Of a stretch of 64,000 nucleotides of DNA, positions 39,873 to 52,202 are shown piece by piece. A program made the position numbers and the translations under genes. Origin of the DNA: Cycas panzhihuaensis (lineage: Eukaryota > Plantae > Cycadophyta); the NCBI GenBank assembly GCA_023213395.1, contig CM041465.1, positions 167,283,741 through 167,347,740 on the forward strand, in the 5' to 3' direction. Each line of letters opens with the position of its first letter. The first letter of the stretch is position 1. A model generated the notes under the pieces. That model was not told where the DNA came from. It saw nothing but the letters and a program-made list of their open reading frames with translations, and searched no databases.

Positions 39873-42800
39873 TATTGGGGTTAATATCCCTCACTTAACT
39901 CCCACCTTAAGAACATGTGAGTGCACACATCCTCATGGTAAGTTAATGTGAGATTATTTTATTATGCATTGTTATTATTTTAATGTTAAGTCATTATTTT
40001 ATATTATTTTAAATTTGGAGGTTGATGAGGTTTCCCTCCTCCCTCCCAAGTATATATTTTATGGGGTGCAAAACCCTAGTGTTCATCAACATACCTTCAT
40101 CAAAGAAATTTGGATGTACTCTCTTCTACAATGACTTAATACAATGATGTTTACAATGTGTACTCTCAATATGGCTTGAATGTTACTTTGATTTGTATGT
40201 TCACCCGTTACACTCTATTCTCCATACTTTAACATGGTATCAGAGCATATTGTTCTTGGGCCTGCAATATATCTTAGCAACCCTTTTGTTGATCTTGGTA
40301 ACATTTGTGAAAGAACATCAAAATATTGGCTATAATTGGCTTCATTACTTGGCATCAAAGTAATAGATCTTAGCTACATTTATATTTGTGAATTTTAGAC
40401 TATATTCAAGGCTAAATCTTGGCTACATGAGCATATTGATCTTGGTAACATTGGTATCATAGCTTATGACAAGTAGTATATTACTTTTATTCAGTTTTTT
40501 ATAATATTTATTGATAGTTTTCATACTATTTTTGCTAAAAACTTGATTATTTTGATCTATATACTCAAAACAACCTATATTTTCTTAGATTTGTTCAGAG
40601 TTTATAGGCATAATCAACCCCATAATCATTTGGAGCCATTATATTGGCATTTCAACTAATATTTTTTATGATTTTAATTATTTTCTATCTTTTTTTAAAG
40701 GGTTTTTGGTATATGGAAGTTTTACTCGTTGCGAGCAAAATCAAAAGATTTTTGAAGAATTAATAGAGAATTTGGGACCAAAATGATTGCGCTATAAATT
40801 TTGAGTTGTCATAGTGCTAGTTTTAGTAAATCATTACAAAAATTTTAGTAGATTTAATTTCAACCTGCTTTCCTATCATCGTATTTTTGGGACAGTTATG
40901 TAACCTCAACTTTAAAGAGCTATAACTTTAGCTATAGGTGTCTAAATAATCTCAATTTTATTTTATTTTTTTGTATTTTTTTATTATTTTTCAATGAAAG
41001 TGGTTTGAGGTCAATCATAGGTATCAGTAAAAAGGTTATTATTATTATTTTACTATTAGGTACTATTACAACCTTTAAAAACCCTAGTAATAAAATTGTT
41101 AAAATAGTCATAACTTTTGATCTGGGAGCCCATTTTTCAAACAACTAGATCCGTCTGAAAGATTTTTTGATGCTCTACGCGTTGAAATATGTTTTATTAT
41201 GATTCAATGTTATTTTTTAGGTCTTTGAGGGCATTGAAGTTGATCCTCCAATTCTATCTTAGTTGGATAAATTCTTTGATATTTTGAGTTAATTTTTCTA
41301 TTATTACTAAATATACTTATTTATTATTTGATACTAATTGATTATTGATAATATTTTCTTGGTTTTATAAGCTTACAAGTTATTGTTTATCTCTTTAGCA
41401 TCATTTTTTGGCTTCTTGAAGATTAAGAGCCCTATTTGGATCAAAGTGATAAATTAGTACTCTCTACCATCATCATTTTCTTTATTTTAGCATTTACATC
41501 TAAATTTAAAAGATTTCTTTAAGTATATTTAGCTATTTAAGGTCTTTGATTTCCTTTAATACTTTAAGATTGCACCTAGTTTGCATGTAAATTTACAAAA
41601 GAGCATTTCTTCATTTCATTTACATTGTTTTAAGAAATATTTGCTAGCAATTTCATATATCTCAAGTTTATTGATTTACTTGTTAAAGAAATTTTTTGTT
41701 TTTAAGCCATTGAATTATTTGAAGATTGATAAGTACAATTTTAGTGCATAGTTATAAGCCATTTGAGGCTTCTTTATGCTTTTGAGATTCATCTCATGTT
41801 AAGCATTCCATTATATTTACATTTATACTTCATAGTTCATCTCTGTTAAGCCTCATATATTTGCCATTACTTAAAGAGACTATAAGTTGAACATTGATCA
41901 TTATTTCAAAGTTTAGTGTTTTGCATTTGAATATTGAAAGCTTCATGCATTTGGCTCATAATGTTAGCTCCTTATTGATTCATTTAAATCTTGTAGTAAA
42001 GGTGCATTTAGTTTCATTTCAACAAAGGTTGTTTATATTATTTTTCATGGAGCACACATTCATGACTATTTGCATGTTGTATCTGATTTGAAAGGCTCAT
42101 TTGATGGTTATTCACTCTTAATAAGATTTTGAAATTAAAAGATCAATTTTGCTCATTTTTTAAAAGAATTTCAAAGTTGCATTTAATTATTTGAAGGCAC
42201 ATTAGCCTATTTTAAAGTCTTATGAAAGTTACTTTGTAAATAGCATTCATTGAATCTAATTCGGAAGGATTATTTATCATTTATTTATCTCATTGTTTAA
42301 GGAGATATACCTCTTTTTTATTGTTCATTTCAAGATTGGTTTCTCATTAGAGGTTATGATTTATTGATTACAATGACAATGAATGAAGATAACTTAAGGT
42401 TTACCATATTTGATGGGACTAACTTTCATATTTGGAAATATATTTTTAAAACCCATCTCATTAAAAATAATTTATAACATTATGTAAGTGGTAGTTATCT
42501 AGAGAATGAACTTAATTTTAAAGAAAACTTGAAAAAAGATAATGAAACCTTAGCTCTAATATTTTCTACATTAAATGATGATTTATTCACTAGTGTTGGT
42601 GATTTAACCACATCGAAATCAGTTTGGGATATCATTTTTAGATTTAAATAAAATTTTGACTATATTGATTATGTGTTTTTTGTAAGATAGATGATAGAGT
42701 AAGTGTTTACTGATGAAAAGTCTAATGTTACATATAATGTTGAAGATTTCATTAAGACTAGTGATCACATTGCTATATTTGAGACTACATGGATATTTGA

Positions 42801-43477
42801 CCTAATTGACTCTCCTCAAAAAGACAAAGTAAAAGTTGAAGATAATTCTATTCATTTGAAGCAAGTCATATCTACACTTGAGTCATATTTTGTTGAAGAT
42901 CATATGAAAAGGATAATGATACAAGTTGTTGACCACTTCAAAGATGATGAAGCCAAAGGTCATGAGTACAATCACCTTGTCATATGTTGGCCACTTCAAA
43001 GATGATGAAGCTAAAGGATATGAGTACAATCATCTTGTCATAGTATACCTAAAGTACTTGTACCATAAATTCAAAGAGAAATTGAAGAAAAAGTGATGAA
43101 CATTAAAGGGGAGTATGTTGGGGTTAATATCCCTCACTTAACTCCCACCTTAAGAACATGTGAGTGCACACATCTTCATGGTAAGTTAAGGTGAGATTAT
43201 TCTATTATGCATTATCATTATTTTAATGTTAAGTCATTATTTTATATTATTTTAAATTTTGAGGTTGAGGAGGTTTTCCTCCTCCCTCCCAAGTATATAT
43301 TTTATGAGGTGCAAAATCCTAGTGTTCATCAATACCACTATAACAAAGGAATTTATATGTACTCTCTTCTACAATGGCTTAATACAATGATGTTTGTAAT
43401 GTGTACCTTCAATATGGCTTGAATGTTACTTTAATTTATATGTTCACCTACTCCACTATATTCTCCATACTCTAACA
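39873..43477 (+). mobile_element. Non-autonomous gag-only Copia-type LTR element (TR-GAG-like), 3605 bp
   Basis: 362-bp LTRs at 39873-40234 and 43116-43477. Intact PBS TGGTATCAGAGC at 40235-40246. PPT AAAGGGGAG at 43105-43113. TSD ACTTT/ACTTC. Only a gag remnant inside. Confidence 0.92.
42373..43104 (+). pseudogene. gag: Copia gag N-terminal remnant (DUF4219/UBN2-like) followed by an acidic, unrecognised tail
   Basis: Hand translation gives MTMNEDNLRFTIFDGTNFHIWKYIFKTHLIKNNL*HYVSG...KDNETLALIFSTLNDDLF...TSKSVWD. Confidence 0.8.
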
Positions 43478-45697
43478 ACTTCAACATCCCCCTCCTGTGC
43501 TTATTTCCATAGTGAAAATAACTTATATTTACGCTATGTCTTTTTCCAAAACCATGTCCCTCACATGCATGAGGATGCATGGATTACATTTCTCGCCTTT
43601 TAATTTTAATAGGGTGGATAGAAACCATTTGGATTCTACCCATAGTTTCCTCAAAATAATAAGCCCCTTTTCACCTCAACAAACTCTTTAGATAAAGGAA
43701 ACATTCTAAGTGGTAAAGGGGACAAAGGGAAAGCAAGGAAGTGTTGCTAAAATTTCATTGTCCCTTTTAAGCTAGATAAATTCAAGGTCTGAGGGAGGAT
43801 TTAGAATCATTTAGGTCCATTTATGATGGTGGAAAACTATACTATAGGCCTTTAACATAGTTCATTCCATATTTAGTATTTAGAAATTACGTTTTTCATA
43901 TATTGCTTATTAAGCTAATATTTTAGGTGGAAGAGTAATTCAATAGTTTGAATTATAGGTAGAAAAGGAGGAGGATAGCCATAATTTAACTTTCTTTCCA
44001 TTTATCTTTCACCTACATATTAGGTAGGGGAATTAATGCCCAAATAATTCTAGGTATGCTCACATCCCACTTATTTCAAATTCACTCCCAAAAGTCATTT
44101 CAAGTATTTTTATAAAGTATAATAAACTTTTCTCCATCATAAGTTAATTTGATAAGTAGAAATATTACTTGACTTTTCTTAGACTTCTCTAGCATTTAAT
44201 AGTTAAAATTGAGTGATTATCTTGTCCTATGTAATGAAAAAAGGGAAATTAAAAGGCAAAAAAGTGATAAATTATAATGTGTTATAACTAGGTAGAATCT
44301 CATCCCTTCTTGTACCATTTCAAGCATGAATTCACTAAAACGAAAAGGGGGAAAAAGTTTGTTTATTGCATTTATTTAAAAAAATAATTGCTTCTCTCAT
44401 TCTTGCATTTCTTATTTTGAAAAAGGATAAGGAAAAGTGGGTCTCTTGCTTTTGTTTCTTATGTTACATACTTTCACATACCTTCTTTACTCTCTTTTTC
44501 TTTTTTCCATATAATTAAATCATAAAAGAAATCAAAAGAGAAAAAAATAAGTTCTAGATAGAGTTGTGCTTGCATTAAGCATCCATGGTGTAGAGAGGAT
44601 TTGCACATATTATTGTGAGTCCCTGAACCTGTAAGTGATAGTTCTTATATTAGTTAGAATTCCTTATTACATTTAGGGAAGAAAAAAATCATCTTAGTTG
44701 CATCGTAGGCACTCATCTCCTTGCCTCTTAGTCTCATTAGGTATAAGGTTTTACTTTAGTTAGAATACATGCTAGCTAAGTGAGTTAGATTTCACCACCA
44801 ACTGCTAAACTTGTCTTGGTCCTAAAGTAATGACTGCTCTTACCATGTTTTGAGTAGTTTATTGGTAGGAAGTTATCCTAATAACATGTGATCAGAAAGA
44901 GTTAAGTGAGTACCATATTCCCTATTGAGAGTAGTTTTTCTCAATTACTTATTCCTTGAAGAGTATATGACACTGAGGCAAATGTGAATAGTACTTTAGC
45001 CCCTACAAACACTCGCGATAGGATTGGTACATTCGGTCTCAAGACATACAACCATCATATTAAGGTCTTTAATGCATGGTTTAACTCCATATAATATTCT
45101 TCCCTCAAACAATCCCCCTCTTTCTAGTCTAGTTCAATTTAGCACACATATCTATTAACTGGGTGGGATTACGAGAGGTTTTCACCTTTGGGAGAGTAGA
45201 CTATAGGATATGATCTTAAGATTGTGATATCTTAAGGGTATAATTGTTCTAATGACCCTCCTAATCTGCATGATTCTTTTATGTATTGTATGCCTCTTAT
45301 AAGAAGATTTTTCTAGCTAACTTCTTCACTCAATATGCATGCTTTGCATTTGATTATATCTCTTAATTTTATCATTTGTAAATAGCTAGTTTATTTTATT
45401 TCTAACACCTTCATTTCACACTACTATAATTACCACATAACACCCATCTTTTGCATGACCATTTTGTCTACATCTGTGCACACAAGGCACATAGTGTCTT
45501 AAGAGGGGTTGTAAGGCCTTCCATCATAGACCTAGCCCTTTACCCTTAAATCTGTAGTGAAGTCAATTGGATCTACCCTTCCCTTCAAGTTACATTAGCC
45601 TACACTCATAGATACATATATATAGGTGTGTATATATATTAACACACATACACACATACATATACAATTACATACACATACACATATAGATAGAGAC

Positions 45698-45700
<3 letters not shown>

Positions 45701-45754
<54 letters not shown>
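45701..45754. repeat. (GA)27 microsatellite, preceded by TA/CA runs
   Basis: Direct reading. Confidence 0.95.
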
Positions 45755-45756
<2 letters not shown>

Positions 45757-46466
45757 CCCATATTCTTTACGATGTATGGGTAAGACTATGATCTCTAAAG
45801 ATCTAGCCTTCTCCATGTTAGATGTTTAAAAAATTATAAATGGCTTAAGTCCTAATATAATTCAACTTCCAATAAAACATGTTTCACATTATCTTTAAAG
45901 TTATATATAGGTCATCTTTTAATAAATTAGCTACATAGGTCATATAAGATCAATAAACTATAAAAAGAAAGCACATCTTAAGCTGAATAGAGTGTCCAAT
46001 GGCATATAAATTTTGGAAAGTCATATAAAATGTCATACAACTTAGAAGTATAACTATTTTAATGACCCTCCTAATTTCCATGATTTTTTTTCTGTATTGT
46101 ATTCCTCTTATAAGAGGATTTTTCTAACTAGCTTCTTCACTCAATATGCATGCTTTGCATTTGATTATATCTCTTAATTTTATCATTTGTAAATAGCTAG
46201 TTTATTTTATTTCTAACACTTTCATTTCACACTACTCTAGTTACCATATCACATCCATCTTTTGCATGAGCATTTTTTTCTACGTCTGTGTACATAAGGC
46301 ATATAGTGTCTTAGGAGGGGTTGTAAGGCCTTCTACCATAGACCTGGCCTTTTAGCCTTAAGTTTTTAGTCAAGTCAATTGGGTCCACCCTCCCCCTCAA
46401 GTTATGTTAGCCTACACTCATAGATACATACATGTAGGTGTGTATATATATAAATACACATACATG

Positions 46467-46518
<52 letters not shown>
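46467..46518. repeat. (CA)14(GA)12 compound microsatellite
   Basis: Direct reading; homologous position in the second tandem unit. Confidence 0.95.
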
Positions 46519-47956
46519 AAGAGTTATATTTTATACGATGTACGAGTAAGATTATGAGCTCCAAAGATCTAGTCTTCTCTACGTTAGATGTTCGAAAAAT
46601 ATAATTGGCTTAAGTCCTAATATAATTCAACTTCCAATAAAACATGTTTCACATTATCTTTAAAGTTGTATATATGTTATCTTTTAATAAATTAGTTATA
46701 TAGGTCATATAAGATCAATAAATTATAGCAAGGAAGTACAGCTTGAAAGTTGAATAGAGTTTCCAATGGCATATAAATTTTCGAAAGTCATACAAAATGT
46801 CATACATGTAATTAATTTACTATAAAAGTCATATACTATGATATAAATTATGGAAAGGAAGTGCATCTTGAAAGTCATATAGATTTTATATTTATAAGTT
46901 ATTAGCTACAAATGTCATATAAATTCTAGATGAGCCAAATTGTAAGAAAAGTAATTGTATGAAGATAATTCTTAAAATATAAACAAAGACCAAGATTATA
47001 GATACATAATGTGAAAGCATCATTGTGGCAATCCCTATTTAGATGTATACATTTTACTATTAATTTTATAAGTAATTATACTTAAGTTATCATATAAATA
47101 TGCTTATTATGCCTCATGTCAAAATAATACAAAGTAGATTGGCGATATATTTCTGGGAAATTCTTACTTTAACGTTGGTGATGTTGAAGATCAAATTTTA
47201 AAACTAATAAAGCTGAGTAATTGATGAGATGATGATAATGGCAATTCCTTTGTTGGAAGAGAAATCTTTCCATGGCAATTATTTGTATGGACATTTAGTT
47301 ATAATATAATATAAAATGGTTGATTTGTGCTAAGAGTTAGTTGTCCAAATTGTCCACCCACATACCCCCTTTAAAAGTACATACCCCCTTTAAAAAGCAG
47401 AAAGAAATTTTATACTCTTTAGATGACTAAAACAAGAGAATCAAATAAAAATTAAAGGCATTCCCCCACCATACAGATGTATTCTTTAAATCACTTAAAA
47501 AAGGAATCAAATAAAGATAAAAAATGTTTAGAGAAGATAATAACCCTATTTCTATTAACTTGCTAAAGTTAATATTATTTTTTTAATAAAAGCAAAATTA
47601 ATTTTTAATACATTCTTATCTCCAAGGATCTAAACTTCTCCATGTTATATGTTAAAAAAATATTAGACCTTTATCTTTTGACTTAAAGCCTTATGCGATC
47701 CAGTAAAATGAAGTTCACATTGGTTTTAGAGTTCAAGGCCTTGTTTATAATTAGCTACAAAGATCCTGTAAAATAAAGTGCATCTATGAAGGCATACAAA
47801 GCCTGTATTTGTAATAATTAATCAGAGATCATATAAGATTGAAAAAATGTAGAAAGGAGGTGCATCTTGGAAGAAAGAATCGCAACCGAGCTCAATTGTC
47901 TGTGTGTGTCGTCATTTTGGAAAGATCCGGGGGGATTCAAATTGAGTGGTAAGAAG

Positions 47957-50900
47957 ATGCATCTGTTGTTGTTATTGTCGTTTCTTCTGCTGTCGATTGC
48001 AATTCCTCGTTCCCGTCCCCATCCCCACTTCAGCAACGCTTCCGACCAACACTCCCTTTTGCAATTCAAGGCATCCGTCACATACGACCCTCGAAATGTA
48101 TTCCTCAGTTGGAACCCCAATCGTACTACATTTTGTAATTGGACTGGAGTTACTTGCAGTTCAACCAGGGAGCGAGTAGTGACTCTGAGTCTCGCAAATC
48201 TGGGTTTACAAGGTTCTCTCTCCCCCTCCCTTGGAAATCTGTCATTCCTTCGCCAATTAGACGTTTTCAATAATAGTTTTTCCGGACGCATACCAAGAGA
48301 GTTTGGATACCTTCGTCGATTAAGAATACTCTCTCTTTCGTATAATCCTTTAATTGGGAGCATTCCCTCTGAACTTGGCTTCCTCACCAATCTAGAGATT
48401 CTTTCCTTGGGAGTAAACCACCTGACAGGCACCATTCCCTCTTCCCTTGCCAACATCTCCTCCTTGACTCGTTTGAAATTGGGCACAAACAATCTGTCCG
48501 GCGTCATTCCCCCAGAACTCGGAACACTCACAAACTTGAAAGTGCTGTTCATACGTGAAAGCCGAGTGTCAGGTAGCATTCCCTCTTCGTTGGCAAATAT
48601 CTCCACATTGGCTCACTTGGATCTTCGTTCAAATCACATTAGCGGGGTCATTCCTCATGAATTCGGTCTTCTTACAAATCTCAACTTCCTTTACTTGTGC
48701 CAAAACTACTTGGAAGGGTCGATTCCTTCTTCCCTCTCCAACTGCACGTCTCTACGAACTTTGGAGTTATCAGGCAACTCCTTAATCGGACGCATTCCAT
48801 CGGAGTTGGGTTACAAGCTCACCAACTTGCAAGAACTGGTTCTGTGGGAAAATCACCTGAGCGGTAACATTCCATACTCCCTTGCCAATTGTTCCCAACT
48901 CACGCTGCTGGATCTATCTCGTAATCGGCTGAGTGGGATGGCGCCAATGGAGCTGGGTAGGCTGTCTCTCCTTCAACGCCTTAACTTGGGGACAAATCAG
49001 CTTGTCAGCGGAAGCAGTACCGCATTGCCTTTTCTTACACATCTCACCAATTGCTCCGTCTTAGAACAGATAGGGTTGGACAACAATCGACTGAGTGGCA
49101 TTTTGCCTTCTGGTATAGGCCATCTTCCTACCAAACTCTCAAGCCTGGACTTAGCGCGCAACTTTATAGGAGGAAGAATACCTCAGCAGATTGGCAATCT
49201 GACAGACTTGACATTCCTAGCTTTGGACGGCAATCTGTTCAGCGGCAACATTCCATCCGAATTGGCAGGACTCCAAAAGCTTGAAAGATTGTATTTGGGC
49301 AACAACGAATTAGAAGGGAGCATCCCAAGCGAGATGGGTCAACTACAAAGCTTAGGACTCTTATCACTTCACCAGAACATGCTTTCTGGACCAATTCCTC
49401 ATTCTCTTGGCCATCTCCAGCAGCTCAGAAGGCTTTATCTTTCAGAAAACCAATTATCCGGGAACATACCTGCAACTCTGGGCAAGTGTTGGCGTTTGGA
49501 ACTGCTCGACCTGTCGTACAACAGACTCGACGGAAACATACCGCCAGAGGTTGCAGGTCTACAAAATCTACAATTCTATTTTAACCTCTCGAGAAATTCC
49601 CTTCAAGGTCACCTGCCTCCACAGATCAGTAAAATGGTAATGATCCAAGCTATAGACATCTCCGACAATCAGTTGTCTGGTTTCATTCCAAGCATACTTG
49701 GAAGCTGCACAGAATTAGAGTATCTGAATCTATCTCATAATGACTTAGAAGGTCCGGTCCCGCTTTCACTCGGAAATTTGAAGAGTCTCCAAGATATGGA
49801 TCTCTCTTCCAATAAGTTGTCTGGTACAATACCAAGGTCTCTGGAGAAACTTCATATGCTTATTCATTTGAATTTTTCATACAACAACCTCACTGGGGAA
49901 ATTCCGAAAGGAGGGAATTTTGGAAATTTTACTAATACGTCATTTACTGGAAATCCCAGACTCTGCGGATCATGGATATACTTGCCTGCCTGTCCCAATT
50001 CTAGTATTTTGAAACAAACAGGGCATTCACCTCTCAAAAGAGTAATAATACCGATCGCAAGTATTGCTGCTTTCATTCTCTGTTGTTTATCTGTAGGATT
50101 CTTTCTGTGCAGAAAGAGTCTCCATCTCTCAAAAACTTTTACATTAAAACGGGAACTCCCTTTTATCTCATATCAACAACTTATCCATGCAACCGATGGA
50201 TTTAGTGAGACCAACTTGCTTGGAGCCGGTAGTTTTGGATCGGTGTATAAAGGGATTTTAGGGGATGGCACGATGATTGCTGTCAAGGTTTTCAATTTGC
50301 ATAATGAAGAGCACATTGGAAGTTTTGAAAAAGAATGCAAGATATTGAGAAGAATTCGGCACCGAAATCTTGTTAAAATCATAACCTCCTGCTCAAGCCT
50401 TCATTTCAGAGCTTTGGTCCTTCAATTCATGCCAATGGGAAGCTTGGAAAAGAATCTATACCACGATGGAAGCCATGGAATTGAAGATGGCAGTGCTTGT
50501 TCATTGAGCTTGCTCAGCCGATTAAACATATCCATAGACATAGCCCATGCTCTGCAATACCTACATCACGATTGTTACGTTCAAGTTTTGCATTGTGATC
50601 TAAAGCCAAGCAACGTGCTTTTAGATGACAATATGACAGCACACATTACTGATTTTGGGCTGGCTCGACTAACTTCTCCTGGATCCGAGGACTCCTTCAC
50701 TTCAACACATGCGCTCAGAGGATCCATTGGCTACATTGCCCCAGGTTTGCTTTAACGATCAAAACACTACTACCTGTTTTTCTTGCGTGTTTCGTATGAA
50801 TTAGTAGAACTAAAATTTAAAGATGATGGCCTGAATACAGAGTGCGGATTAGGAGGACGAGCTTCAACAAAGGGGGATGTTTACAGCTATGGCATTCTGT

Positions 50901-51304
50901 TATTGGAGATGCTGACCAGAAGAAGGCCCAGCAGTGACATGTTTGCAGGAGGACTGGACCTGCAGAAGTGGGTTAGCATGGCCTTTCCTGATAGATTGCT
51001 GGATGTTGTTGACAGTAGCCTGCTGAGAGATGCGAGTGATGAAGGAATAGACCCGCATAATATGTACGAATGTCTTACCAACCTCATACTTGTGGGATTG
51101 TTGTGCACAAAACCTTCGCCTGAAGAAAGACCAAGTATGAGAGATGTTGTCAGAGTGTTGGAGAGGATCAGAGGAACATTTCTTGGAACAACAACTACCG
51201 GGGCTTTTAAATTCCCAGTAAACACATCGTCTTTATTAGACAGTAGAAATGTAACAGGCACCAATAGACGAGAATTTGATAGCCACAGTACTTCTACAGT
51301 ATAG
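47957..51304 (+). CDS. LRR receptor-like Ser/Thr kinase, LRR-XII subfamily (EFR/XA21/FLS2-like, non-RD); join(47957..50744,50841..51304), ~1083 aa
   Basis: Signal peptide MHLLLLLSFLLLSIA; LRRNT cap W..N..TFCNWTGVTC; about 24 plant LRRs; C-terminal GNPRLCG cap; transmembrane VIIPIASIAAFILCCLSVGFFL. Kinase motifs GAGSFGSVYKG, AVK, HCDLKPSN, DFG, GSIGYIAPE, DVYSYG. A single intron falls at the conserved APE position. The upstream TTG start in the ORF track was rejected in favour of ATG 47957. Confidence 0.97.
50745..50840 (+). other. 96-bp GT-AG intron of the LRR-RLK (phase 1, within the APE Glu codon)
   Basis: cca g|gtttgc ... aatacag|ag tgc; splicing joins GYIAP-E-CGLGGRASTKGDVYSYG in frame. 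Confidence 0.93.
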
Positions 51305-52188
51305 TTAATGTGTAGTAAACATAAAGTCCATTTTTTAGTACTGTTGCTGCATATTCTCAGGGGCATGGAGGTAACATCTGTAGAAATGTAAGATGCAGCT
51401 CTGTTCTATGTCATTTCACCCAGTAAATGTTGAAAGATATTATTATTGATTGTTTGCTGGATTAACTGCATATTTTTTGGATCGGTATTTGGTTACGTCA
51501 AGATTTATTAATTAGTTTGCAAAATGAAATAAGGGTATCAAATTATAATCTTTTAACAGACCCAAAAAAAATAATTGTGCATCAATCTACCATAGGAACA
51601 GGGAGATATGCAGACTGCAATCGACTGTGGAAGCGAACAGCTACATGGACTGCAGAAGTTCCGAAAACAGAAGATCTGAAAACATAAATTTTGTTTTGGA
51701 GTAGTTTGTCCATGAACATGGATAAAACAAAATTTATTAAATATACAAACAATGAATGATGAATGCTAAGATAAAAGATACCAGAAAGGCTATCCAACAT
51801 GGATGAATCTTGTATACAATTAAAGCCCTCAAATTTACACAACGAGGTGAAACAATTACCGAGTTAAATGCCATACAGGCTGTTTAGTATTTTTTCATTT
51901 TTTTTGTTCTGGAATTTTTCGACAGTAATCCCCGATAGAACGTCAAATCGTGCGCAGTAAGTGGGAGGCGATTCGTAAGGAGCGTGGTTTGGTTATTATG
52001 AATAGCTACTATGGATTTCGAGGACAATAACTGTCATGAAGCACAGCATAAACAGTGCAGATTGACATTAAATGTTGTCAATCGTTCAACGGCTGCAATG
52101 CTTCGAAGGTCGTGGGAAACACTATAGCGATTCTATGGGAGCATTCAAGGCCTACCTGCAGCGTTCATAATTTACCCATATTATAATG

Positions 52189-52202
52189 GGTCAACGTTGA
52201 CT
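52189..52202. promoter_or_regulatory. Palindromic pair of W-boxes (GGTCAA-CG-TTGACT), candidate WRKY site
   Basis: Two TTGAC(C/T) cores back to back in a 12-bp perfect palindrome GTCAACGTTGAC; function not shown. Confidence 0.35.

Larger units (their letters stand above)
45231..46806. repeat. ~810-bp tandem duplication (45231-46040 and 46041-46806) containing compound microsatellites
   Basis: aatgaccctcctaat...gcatgctttgcatttgattatatctc...gtcataca occurs twice with high identity. Confidence 0.93.

Noticed and set aside
43483-45594. Possible long LTR ending ...aagttaca at 45594
   Set aside because: Composition is LTR-like, but I found no matching start, TSD or second copy
45595-46604. ORFs with ERERER, SLSLSL and HTHT runs
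   Set aside because: Translations of microsatellites
47867-47956. 30-aa N-terminal extension from a TTG start
   Set aside because: Eukaryotic gene; ATG 47957 immediately precedes a typical signal peptide
47818-48606. 262-aa antisense ORF (also 50887-51366 and 49864-50382)
   Set aside because: Shadow frames of the LRR-RLK codon pattern, with no independent protein features
50783-50840. Separate 173-aa ORF start
   Set aside because: It is exon 2 plus intron read-through; splicing joins it to exon 1
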